Source: an uncultured archaeon
GTDB taxonomy: Archaea > Asgardarchaeota > Lokiarchaeia > Sigyniarchaeales > SOKP01
Assembly: GCA_964583985.1 (NCBI GenBank)
Contig: CAZOYD010000076.1
Location: 1-15,382, forward strand
Reading direction: 5' to 3'
Length of the DNA stretch: 15,382 bases
Shown here: one piece after another, positions 7,838 to 15,382 of the stretch
Numbering within the stretch: position 1 is the first letter of the stretch
Layout of the letters: every line of letters begins with the position of its first letter
Notes under the pieces: model-generated
The model's input: only the letters and a program-made list of their open reading frames with translations
Told to the model about the DNA's origin: nothing
Database searches by the model: none
Program-made: the position numbers and the translations under genes

Positions 7838-8665
7838 TTATTTTCCTTTAAAAATTGGCTCTCTTTTTTGCATGAGAGCTTTTGTGGATTCTCTCATATC
7901 ATGGGTTTTAAATGCAGCTTGGAGAGCTTCATTTTCTTTGTCCAATGTACGGGAAATTATATCTCTGAAGTAATCATGCATCGTTTTTTTCATTAAACTC
8001 AAAGCTAGACTTGGTCCTTTAGGTGGGATCAATTTTTCTGCTTGTTTCCTAACATAGGGCATTAATTCTTTAGGAGGGAGTGCTTTATTTATGAGTCCTA
8101 ATCTTTCAGCTTCTTTAGCATAAATTTTATCTCCAAAATACAAGATTTCTTTTGCTTTTTGAAATCCAACATAAAATGGTAAAAGGAATGAAAACCCAAA
8201 TTCTGGAACTATTGCTCGCTTGACAAATATGAGTCCCAAATAAGTTTCTGGATCATCAGACATATATATTAAATCAGCGCAAGCTAAAGGCATTGTAAAA
8301 CCCGCCCCCAGTGCAAAACCATTTATAGCAGCAATAACAGGCTTCTTAAAATTCCAAAATTTCATGCACGTTTCTTTTTGAGCAATATCCATTAAATCTA
8401 TATCCTTCATGATATCCTCGGGAATTTCTGTTACCATTTTCATGTTAAAATAACCACCTGAAGAAAAGGCTCGGCCTTCTGGAGAACCTGTCAATATTAG
8501 AACTTTAGCATTTTTATCCTTTTCCATATCATCCAAGACTGCTCGAATTTCTACAAACGTAACATAAGATAATGCATTCCTTCTTTTAGGCTTGTTAAAT
8601 ATAATTGTACATATTCCATTTTCTTCTTTTATGTATAATATATCTTCAAAATCTTTAATATTCAT
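7838..8665 (-). CDS. Enoyl-CoA hydratase/isomerase family protein, probably delta3,delta2-enoyl-CoA isomerase-type
   Basis: AFSSGG, KPVIAAINGFALGAG, FVKRAIVPEFG (single Glu at the ECI2/PaaG-type position), C-terminal QKREPIFKGK. Confidence 0.9.
   Translation of the reverse strand: MNIKDFEDILYIKEENGICTIIFNKPKRRNALSYVTFVEIRAVLDDMEKDKNAKVLILTGSPEGRAFSSGGYFNMKMVTEIPEDIMKDIDLMDIAQKETCMKFWNFKKPVIAAINGFALGAGFTMPLACADLIYMSDDPETYLGLIFVKRAIVPEFGFSFLLPFYVGFQKAKEILYFGDKIYAKEAERLGLINKALPPKELMPYVRKQAEKLIPPKGPSLALSLMKKTMHDYFRDIISRTLDKENEALQAAFKTHDMRESTKALMQKREPIFKGK
8465..8630. repeat. Copy 1 of diverged direct repeat (within crotonase 5' end)
   Basis: Colinear with 9944-10109 at a constant offset of 1479; core 8511-8630 vs 9990-10109 has 10 mismatches in 120 nt by hand alignment. 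Confidence 0.93.
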
Positions 8666-9144
8666 CTTGTTTAACCAAATTTACATTTGTTATTATAAAT
8701 ACCATATTTTAAAAAATATTTTTGTAACCTTTCTTTAGATCTTTTGTTATTTTCTTTTAAAAATGTGTCATAGCGTTGAGGATAACTCCATTTTGGTGAA
8801 ATTATTCATTTTATTGCTTTATTATCATAGATATAAAGATTATCATCTTTTAAAACTTTAATATATTTCTTATTTGCCTTTTTAGGGATCACTACTTTAT
8901 TTTGTATGCTAATTATTAAATGCGGGCTCAGTATTCTGAAATTTTTTACTTTTTGAAATTCTTATTACTTAAATGTAATAAAAATAACAATAAAGATCTT
9001 GAAATAATAATATAGAAAGTCAAAAAATAAATGGAGTATTAATTTTCAAATAGGGATAACTTTTTTTAATATAATTATTATTTAGTTGTTCTATTATTTT
9101 TTCAAAGATAATCAATATTAATTTTACTCTTTAAATTGATAGAA

Positions 9145-9954
9145 ATGGGTAAGAAGGAATCTTATAAACAAGATTTACAAGTGTTATTTGAAAAATTACT
9201 TAAAGAGAACCAAGTAGAGGATTTAATTAAATATCTGTTGGATAATAGTAATCTTCCAAGTCCACAGGGTAATTTAGGATTAGCTGAAATGTTTGTTGAG
9301 ATAATTGAAGAATTAAAATTTGAACATATTAAAAAATTAAACGATTTCATTATGCATTTACTCAAATTTACTGCAAATGAAGCCCCAGTAAATGATCCGA
9401 AGGAATTTCTTCCTTTTTGTGGAGTATGGGCTTTAGGATCGATTGGTACAATTGAAAGTTACGCACAAATAGCAATGTCTAAATTAAAAACTATGGCTAA
9501 AGATCCTCGATGGCGAATAAGAGAAGGTGTTGCAAAAGCCATTACACTTTTAGTCAAATATAATAATAAAAGATTTCTAAACGAATTAGAAAATTGGCTA
9601 AAAACCGAGAATAATTGGCTTGTAATGAGAGCGATTGTTGCAGGATTAGCTGAGAGAGGGTTAGATGAATATACTTATAATAAAGCTCTAGAATTTCATA
9701 AAAAGATTATTAATAAAATTAATAATAATGCTAATAGAAATTCTGAGGAATTTAAAGCATTAAGAAAGGGTTTGGGTTACACTTTAAGCGTTATTGTACA
9801 ATTAAAGCCTATATTAGGATTTAAATATATGGAAAAAATAGCAATTTCTAAAGATAAAGATATAATTTGGATTGTGAAAAATAATTTGGGTAAAAATCGA
9901 CTAATCAAAAATTTTCCAGATGAAGTAAATCAAATTAAAAAATTAATGCTTTAG
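9145..9954 (+). CDS. HEAT-repeat-like helical hypothetical protein
   Basis: All-alpha pattern; LKTMAKDPRWRIREGVAKAI and SKDKDIIWIVKNNL resemble HEAT repeat ends; N-terminal NSNLPSPQGNLGLA. ATG9145 is preferred over TTG9136. Visibly more AT-rich than its neighbours. Confidence 0.75.
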   Translation: MGKKESYKQDLQVLFEKLLKENQVEDLIKYLLDNSNLPSPQGNLGLAEMFVEIIEELKFEHIKKLNDFIMHLLKFTANEAPVNDPKEFLPFCGVWALGSIGTIESYAQIAMSKLKTMAKDPRWRIREGVAKAITLLVKYNNKRFLNELENWLKTENNWLVMRAIVAGLAERGLDEYTYNKALEFHKKIINKINNNANRNSEEFKALRKGLGYTLSVIVQLKPILGFKYMEKIAISKDKDIIWIVKNNLGKNRLIKNFPDEVNQIKKLML

Positions 9955-10119
9955 CTTTCGGGGACCCTATCATGATTAATACCTTGGTGTTTTTATCCTT
10001 TTCCATACCATTCAATACGTCTCGAATTTCTACAAACGTAACATAAGATAATGCATTCCTTCTTCTAGGTTGGTTAAATGTAATTATACATATTCCATTT
10101 TCTTCTTTTGTTTATTCAT
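9944..10119 (-). pseudogene. Truncated 5' fragment of the 7838-8665 crotonase (repeat copy 2)
   Basis: Translates KEENGICIITFNQPRRRNALSYVTFVEIRDVLNGMEKDKNTKVLIMIGSPKAKAL vs intact KEENGICTIIFNKPKRRNALSYVTFVEIRAVLDDMEKDKNAKVLILTGSPEGRAF. In-frame TAA at 10112-10114 where the intact gene has TAC; the frame ends at TAA 9935-9937. Confidence 0.9.
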
Positions 10120-10136
10120 GCATTCATAATTTTATA

Positions 10137-10155
10137 GAAAAAGAAAAATGAAAAA
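10137..10155 (-). terminator. Archaeal-type oligo-T terminator after second ACAD
   Basis: Minus strand reads TAA TTTTTCATTTTTCTTTTTC directly after the stop. Confidence 0.55.
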
Positions 10156-11430
10156 TTATATAGCCTTGAATAATTGTCTTAAGCCCATACTTAAAATATA
10201 TTCCTGAACTTGTCTTGTTCCTCCACCAATCTCTTGAATTCTCGATATTCCTAATAGATCATGCATTAAAGTATTGTCACATACTCCTGCACCACCCATT
10301 ATATTCGCACATTCATAACACGCACGTGCATTTAATTTAGTGCTTAAAAGTTTCAATTGAGAGGCTGTTGCCATTAAAGCCAGGTTAAATTCCTTGGGTA
10401 AAGTACCTAATTTCTCCATTTTGTCATCAATCATTTGGCAGAGATTCAAGGCGGCTAAAGTTAAACTCATAATTTCAGACCATAAATCCGCGAGAGGGAA
10501 TCCGACTCCTTGATATTTAAGTACTTCTAAGTCAAATTGCTTGCGCATATTTGAATATATTACCGCATGAGTGAATGCATTCCATGCTTCTGCTGCATTT
10601 AAGCAAACGATGCCAATTCGTTCTAAATTTAATCCTTCAAATAAATGGGAGCGTCCTTGACCTGGTTTTCCCAAGACACATTCTTTAGGGATTTTTAAAT
10701 TAGTCATTGTTTCTTTTCCAATAAAGAGCCTTGGTGTCCAAGGGATATTTACTCTTTCAACCGACCAACCTTCCCAACTCGTATCTAAAAGAAGTTGAGA
10801 CATCGTATTCCCATTATCTTTTTCAGTTACTGCATAAATTACAGCCCAATCTGCTTTTGGTCCATTTGTTTGATAGATTTTTGTACCATTTACAATAAAA
10901 CTGCCATCTGGTTGTTCATCGCAAGTGGTTAACATATGAACCGCATCCGAACCTCTTTCAGGTTCCGTGATACAAATACATCCGATTTTCTCACCGGTAA
11001 CTAACTCTTTGAGGGCACGTAAGCGTATTTCCTCATTTTCATGATGAAGCATTAAAGGATTAACCGCTAAAACTGTTGCACCGGCACCCATCGCAAATTG
11101 GGGATCAAAAAAATCCATGGCAAGCACTCTCATAAACTCAGCAGTCATCCCATAGGTCTCAAAATCTAACCCGAGATTGTCAAACTTGTTTACACGCGTA
11201 ATAAAACCAGCTTTACCTACTTCAGGTATCCAATCATAGAAATCTTCAGTATGATTTATATCATGGTTCTTCTCGAAAGTTCTAAAAAATCTTTCAGCGT
11301 CCTTGAGCAGATCGAAATGTTTTGGTTTCAAATAGCTCATTAAATTATAATTTAGGAATTTATAGCGGTTCTTTAATGAGAGTTTATTTAATATCTCATC
11401 ATTTATACATTGAACTTGTCCTTTTTTCAT
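10156..11430 (-). CDS. Acyl-CoA dehydrogenase family protein (divergent)
   Basis: CITEPERGSDA, VNGTKIYQTNG, GLNLERI, RKQF, NIMGGAG, QEIGGGTRQV. Confidence 0.9.
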   Translation of the reverse strand: MKKGQVQCINDEILNKLSLKNRYKFLNYNLMSYLKPKHFDLLKDAERFFRTFEKNHDINHTEDFYDWIPEVGKAGFITRVNKFDNLGLDFETYGMTAEFMRVLAMDFFDPQFAMGAGATVLAVNPLMLHHENEEIRLRALKELVTGEKIGCICITEPERGSDAVHMLTTCDEQPDGSFIVNGTKIYQTNGPKADWAVIYAVTEKDNGNTMSQLLLDTSWEGWSVERVNIPWTPRLFIGKETMTNLKIPKECVLGKPGQGRSHLFEGLNLERIGIVCLNAAEAWNAFTHAVIYSNMRKQFDLEVLKYQGVGFPLADLWSEIMSLTLAALNLCQMIDDKMEKLGTLPKEFNLALMATASQLKLLSTKLNARACYECANIMGGAGVCDNTLMHDLLGISRIQEIGGGTRQVQEYILSMGLRQLFKAI

Positions 11431-11646
11431 ATTTATATAATCAACTCATTCATTTGAAATTTATTTGTTTTTATTTATAATCACTTATTCACTGAATTCA
11501 TTAAAATAGGTTTACGAAATAAATTAATAAAATTGGGAGATAGTTATTTCAACATAAACATTTATTATCCTGATAGAGGAATTATTTCTTATAATCTAAT
11601 AAAAATAAAGACTTAACTTTAAAATTTAATAACAGGGTAATTTTTT

Positions 11647-12135
11647 ATGGGAAAAGGTGGAACTATATTAGGGATAATTGGTCTCTTGATAGGTGCTGGA
11701 GGATTAGGTATGGGGCTAATTAATTGGACTGCACAATCACAAGTAAGAATTTGGAATGATTATGAGCCAAATTATTTCACAGCTCCTGATTTATCATTCG
11801 AAACAATTCCAAATCTTTATGTCATCGTAGATTTAAGTTCTCCAGTCCAACTATACGTAACCTTTTCAGCAAGTACTAAAATCCTCCCAAGTCCAGGGAA
11901 TTTTGCGGATATTCTTTTTTACTTCATGGTAGACGGCACGAGATTGCTGAACCCCTATACACGAGTTGGTCCATATGATGGAACATCAACCTATGAATAT
12001 CTTTCAGTTTGCTTACAGTATTTTAATGCGTTATTTCCTGCTGGACGCCACAATATATCCATAGCATATTTTTCCGAGACTGGTGGAAATGTGATAAGAG
12101 AGTGCTTGCTTACAGCGCAGTCATATCCAGTTTAA
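11647..12135 (+). CDS. Membrane-anchored/secreted hypothetical protein, beta-rich ectodomain
   Basis: N-terminal Gly-rich hydrophobic helix (TILGIIGLLIGAGGLGMGLI) followed by an alternating beta-strand pattern; ends AGRHNISIAY...LLTAQSY. Confidence 0.8.
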   Translation: MGKGGTILGIIGLLIGAGGLGMGLINWTAQSQVRIWNDYEPNYFTAPDLSFETIPNLYVIVDLSSPVQLYVTFSASTKILPSPGNFADILFYFMVDGTRLLNPYTRVGPYDGTSTYEYLSVCLQYFNALFPAGRHNISIAYFSETGGNVIRECLLTAQSYPV

Positions 12136-12152
12136 TTCAAAAATATAATAGC

Positions 12153-12164
12153 TTTTTTTTTTTT
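12153..12164 (+). terminator. T12 run, probable terminator of the 11647-12135 gene
   Basis: 12 consecutive T, 17 nt after the stop. Confidence 0.55.
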
Positions 12165-12208
12165 AAATCTAAATGAATATCATTAATGCATACTATCTTC
12201 GATAATGA

Positions 12209-12248
12209 TAAAAAGAAAAAGAAAAAAATAATAAAAATGTAAAGAAAA
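12209..12248 (-). terminator. Oligo-T terminator after acyl-CoA ligase
   Basis: Several T4-T7 runs on the minus strand immediately after the TAA. Confidence 0.55.
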
Positions 12249-13985
12249 TTAATTAGATTCTTTTGATTCTTCTCTTAAGGCCCGTTTTAATATCTTTCCT
12301 ACAGAAGTTAAGGGTAAAGTTTCTCTAAATTCCCACATTCTTGGATTTTCATATTTTGAGAGATGCTTAGCAGCGTAACTTTTTAATTCAGCTTTAATTG
12401 TATCGGTTGGCTCTATTCCTTCTTTTAGCTGTACTATTGCCTTTACGATTTCGCTTCCAGGTCGATCGGGATCTTTTAATCCAATAATCGCTACCATTTC
12501 AATATTGGGATGTTTTGTTAATATATCTTCAACGTGAACACTGTAAACCTTATACCCACTGACAATGAGCATGTCTTTTGTCCGATCTACGATAGTGATG
12601 TATCCATCTTCATCCATCACTCCTACATCACCTGTATGGAACCAACCATCGATTATTGTTTGTGAATTCGCTTCCGGCTTGTTATAATAACCTCTTGTAA
12701 CTTGAGGCCCCTTGCATATTATTTCTCCGGGTTTTCCAAGTTCAACTTGATTACCTGTTTCTATGTCAACAAGTCGAATATCTGTATCGGGTATTGGAAT
12801 TCCGACGGTTCCTACTTTTTTTTCCCCATAATATGGGTTCATCGTGAGTATCGGACTTGTTTCGGTCATCCCATATACCTCTAATACTTTATTCCTAGCA
12901 TCTAATGAATTCTCAAAATCATTTATAGCTTCTGCTGGAAAAGGCGCTGCTCCTGAAACATATACCTCGATTTCGTTTAACACTTCAGTAGGAATCTTCT
13001 TTGCCAATTTATTGTTCTTTATTGCTAAATATAGAGTTGGAACGTTTACCAACATCATCGGTGTTTTATCGATCATTTCTTTAATGATGTGCTTGCTATC
13101 TCTCGGATTTGCGATGAGAATTTGTGAAGCTGAGAGATAAAGTGTAACCATGCTCATTGCTAAACCTGCTAAATGAAACAAAGGGAAAGCAGATAAGTTC
13201 ACTGCATCTTCTTGTTCTTCGTCAACTCTATCAATCCAAGTTGAAATTTGAACGATATTTGAGATGATATTTTTGTGCGTGAGTTCTGTTCCTTTAGGTA
13301 GCCCTGTAGTCCCACCAGTATACTGTAATAAAGCAAGATCCTTTTCTATATCGATTGATACTTTAGATACATTTCGTTCGGTATTAATAGTATCATTAAA
13401 ATCAATTACGTTTTTACTCGGATAAGGAACGACTTTTCCCTTGGGAATTTTTTTTAAAAGTTTACCTAAAATTACTTTTATCCCAGAAAGACCCATATAA
13501 TCACTAATGTTCGTGGTGATAATTGTTTCCAATTTTGGAACTTTATCTAAGACTTTTACTAATACTTTTTCATAAAACGCATCAAGGGTCACAAAGAATT
13601 TCGCTTCACTATCATCGATTTGATACGCAATTTCGGTTGGGCTCATCAATGGTGAACAGCCAGAAGCAACCCCCCCTGCTAATAAAGTGCCAAAATGAGC
13701 GACCAAGTATTGTGGACAATTAGCTAAATTTATAGCAACCCGATCTCCTTTTTTCAAACCTTTTTTTTGTAAAAAAGTTGCAAATCTATGCACGTAATCA
13801 TTAAGTTCTTGAAATGACATTTCCCTTTTCATAAAATAGCAAGCAATTCGATCGGGATACTTTTTCATCGCTCTATCGAATAAAATACCCAAACCTTCCG
13901 TAGGATATGATAAGTTGGGTTTTACATGTTTATCGTAAGATTTAGTCCAAATTTTCGCATCGTATGGACTCATTTTAACTTCCAT
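12249..13985 (-). CDS. fadD: Long-chain-fatty-acid--CoA ligase (AMP-forming, FadD-like)
   Basis: LQYTGGTTGLPKG, YGMTETSP, GWFHTGDVG, DRTKDM, LPLTSVGKI; GAGGA SD 7 nt upstream of ATG13985. Confidence 0.92.
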   Translation of the reverse strand: MEVKMSPYDAKIWTKSYDKHVKPNLSYPTEGLGILFDRAMKKYPDRIACYFMKREMSFQELNDYVHRFATFLQKKGLKKGDRVAINLANCPQYLVAHFGTLLAGGVASGCSPLMSPTEIAYQIDDSEAKFFVTLDAFYEKVLVKVLDKVPKLETIITTNISDYMGLSGIKVILGKLLKKIPKGKVVPYPSKNVIDFNDTINTERNVSKVSIDIEKDLALLQYTGGTTGLPKGTELTHKNIISNIVQISTWIDRVDEEQEDAVNLSAFPLFHLAGLAMSMVTLYLSASQILIANPRDSKHIIKEMIDKTPMMLVNVPTLYLAIKNNKLAKKIPTEVLNEIEVYVSGAAPFPAEAINDFENSLDARNKVLEVYGMTETSPILTMNPYYGEKKVGTVGIPIPDTDIRLVDIETGNQVELGKPGEIICKGPQVTRGYYNKPEANSQTIIDGWFHTGDVGVMDEDGYITIVDRTKDMLIVSGYKVYSVHVEDILTKHPNIEMVAIIGLKDPDRPGSEIVKAIVQLKEGIEPTDTIKAELKSYAAKHLSKYENPRMWEFRETLPLTSVGKILKRALREESKESN

Positions 13986-14044
13986 GAGATTATCCTCTTT
14001 TCAACATTCACTGATATGGTGAATATCTTATGTATTGTCACATG

Positions 14045-14056
14045 GATTTATAAATC
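14045..14056 (-). promoter_or_regulatory. Candidate TATA box (TTTATAAA) for the ligase gene
   Basis: GATTTATAAATC about 60 nt upstream of the ATG, preceded on the minus strand by purine-rich ATAAA. Confidence 0.45.
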
Positions 14057-14094
14057 TTTATCAAAATAGGGTATCGAATACAAAAAATATATTA

Positions 14095-14118
14095 AAATAG
14101 AAAAAAAATGTGAAAAAT
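14095..14118 (-). terminator. Oligo-T terminator after Zn-dehydrogenase
   Basis: Minus strand reads TAA ATTTTTCACATTTTTTTTCTATTTT. Confidence 0.55.
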
Positions 14119-15138
14119 TTAATCCAAATCAACCATCACTTTTAATTCATTATGTGGAGGATGACCCAATATTTTAAACATTTCTGGCACCTGATCTAAT
14201 TTGATTCTATTAGTTATCAAGGAATCAATTCTTATTTTCTTTTGTTCAAAGAGATTAATAGCTTTCTTGAAAATATCATGATTATAGCCATAAACACCTC
14301 TTATTGAAATATTGTTTGTCGTCATCAACAAGATGTTATTAATCTCAAATTTACTCGCATGCATGCCAATTAGGGTAACATTACCTCCTTTTCTTACAAG
14401 TTGCAAAGCAGTACTGAAAGTTTCGGAGAGTCCAACGCAATCAAAGACGTGATCGGGTCCTAATTTATCAGTCAATCTTACGATCTTATTCCAAGCTTTT
14501 GGTAAAAATACTTTATCAGCTCCAAAATCTGATGCAATATTTTGTTTTGATTCAACTGGTTCTAAGACATAAATTTTATTAGCTCCGGTAGCTCTTAAAA
14601 CTTGAATTACTAGGAGTCCTATTGGTCCTGCTCCAATGACAGCAGCACTTTGACCGAGTTGAAATCCTGATTGTTCAACAGCATATACTGCTACTGAAAG
14701 TGGCTCTACTATCGCGCCTTCCTCATAAGATAGATCATCAGGCAAAATGTGAACTCTTTCTGCTTTAACGTTGAAATAAGCTCTCATTGCGCCATGTTCA
14801 GTAGTCCCAAAAGCATAATTTTGTAATTTGCACATGTTTTCGAAACCATGCAGGCAATAATAGCATTCAAAACAAGGAATTTGAGGATTTACGGTCACTC
14901 GCATTCCAAGTTTAATCTTCTTCACTTCTGCTCCAACTTCTACGATTTCACCGGAGAATTCATGACCAATTACTTTTCCTGGTAAATATGGTCCACCAGA
15001 TTCATATGATCCCACATCTGTACCGCATATTGCAACCTTTTTCACCTTAATTAATACTTCATCTGGTTCTATACTTGGCTTTTCAAATCCTTCCTCAATT
15101 ACAACGTTTTCTTTTCCTTTAAACACCACAGCTTTCAT
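14119..15138 (-). CDS. Zn-dependent alcohol dehydrogenase (MDR; sorbitol/threonine/butanediol dehydrogenase-like)
   Basis: ICGTD, GHEFSG, structural Zn CFECYYC-x7-C, VEPL, GAGPIG, acidic residue in LEPV (suggests NAD). Confidence 0.93.
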   Translation of the reverse strand: MKAVVFKGKENVVIEEGFEKPSIEPDEVLIKVKKVAICGTDVGSYESGGPYLPGKVIGHEFSGEIVEVGAEVKKIKLGMRVTVNPQIPCFECYYCLHGFENMCKLQNYAFGTTEHGAMRAYFNVKAERVHILPDDLSYEEGAIVEPLSVAVYAVEQSGFQLGQSAAVIGAGPIGLLVIQVLRATGANKIYVLEPVESKQNIASDFGADKVFLPKAWNKIVRLTDKLGPDHVFDCVGLSETFSTALQLVRKGGNVTLIGMHASKFEINNILLMTTNNISIRGVYGYNHDIFKKAINLFEQKKIRIDSLITNRIKLDQVPEMFKILGHPPHNELKVMVDLD

Positions 15139-15164
15139 GATTTACAATTATACCTTCTTGATAT

Positions 15165-15382
15165 TTAACTTTTATTTTTTGATATTCCATGCTTCATTTT
15201 TATTCTTACTATTATTATCATAATGGCTCCTAACATCACGATTAAGAAAGTATTACCGAAGGAGATAGATGGTGTATTATTTACTTCCTCTCCTATGTCG
15301 TTATGAAACATGTAAACGTTGTCATCATTGCTTATAAATGCTAAAAATTCTCCAGTTTCGGAAATTTCTACAGACCATACCA
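15165..15382 (-). CDS. 3' end of a WD40/beta-propeller surface protein with C-terminal membrane sorting signal (Loki-CTERM-like); partial, not in ORF track
   Basis: Manual translation from 15380: VWSVEISETGEFLAFISNDDNVYMFH (propeller blade) NDIGEEVNNT PSISFGNTFLIVMLGAIMIIIV RIKMKHGISKNKS*; stop at 15165-15167. Confidence 0.8.
   Translation of the reverse strand, partial: VWSVEISETGEFLAFISNDDNVYMFHNDIGEEVNNTPSISFGNTFLIVMLGAIMIIIVRIKMKHGISKNKS

Noticed and set aside
8737-9039. Short imperfect inverted repeats (AGATCTTT..GTTATTTT; ACTCCATTT) suggesting a MITE
   Set aside because: Short, gapped, AT-rich and not nested; no target-site duplication seen.
7505-9365. ORFs 7505-7714 (+) and 9162-9365 (-)
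   Set aside because: Antisense to pyrG and the HEAT gene.
8511-10109. Repeat pair as a diversity-generating retroelement TR/VR
   Set aside because: Mismatches are not polarised to adenines of one copy, the repeat is at the 5' end of a metabolic gene, and no reverse transcriptase is in the window.
12702-13723. Three short plus-strand ORFs
   Set aside because: Antisense shadows within the acyl-CoA ligase.
1-15382. tRNA, rRNA, CRISPR array, IS element
   Set aside because: No cloverleaf-like GC-rich stretch, periodic repeat or transposase/integrase motifs seen; intergenic regions are short and AT-rich.

Overview
AT-rich (visually about one-third GC) prokaryotic window dominated by acyl-CoA/fatty-acid catabolism genes. 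It is most likely from an Asgard archaeon (Lokiarchaeia/Promethearchaeota-like). That assignment is inferred from a Loki-CTERM-like C-terminal sorting signal, oligo-T terminators, TATA-like boxes, a GAGGTG Shine-Dalgarno and paralog-rich beta-oxidation content. Plus-strand block: acyl-CoA dehydrogenase (5' end off-window), crotonase-family protein, thiolase and 4-hydroxybutyryl-CoA dehydratase (AbfD). Minus-strand genes: small Cys-rich ORF, SDR, an atypical CTP synthase, a second crotonase, a second acyl-CoA dehydrogenase, a long-chain acyl-CoA ligase, a Zn-dependent dehydrogenase and the 3' end of a surface beta-propeller protein. Plus-strand HEAT-repeat and membrane-anchored hypothetical genes are interspersed. 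Items not visible in the ORF track: (i) a ~165-bp diverged duplicate of the crotonase 5' end that brackets the HEAT gene, (ii) a thiolase whose conserved N-terminus starts at ACG, (iii) a 16-aa insertion in the PyrG signature motif, (iv) a crotonase apparently lacking catalytic acids. No rRNA, tRNA, CRISPR, transposase or integrase was seen. No unambiguous novel system can be claimed. The best candidate is an AbfD-coupled beta-oxidation route for hydroxylated acyl-CoAs.
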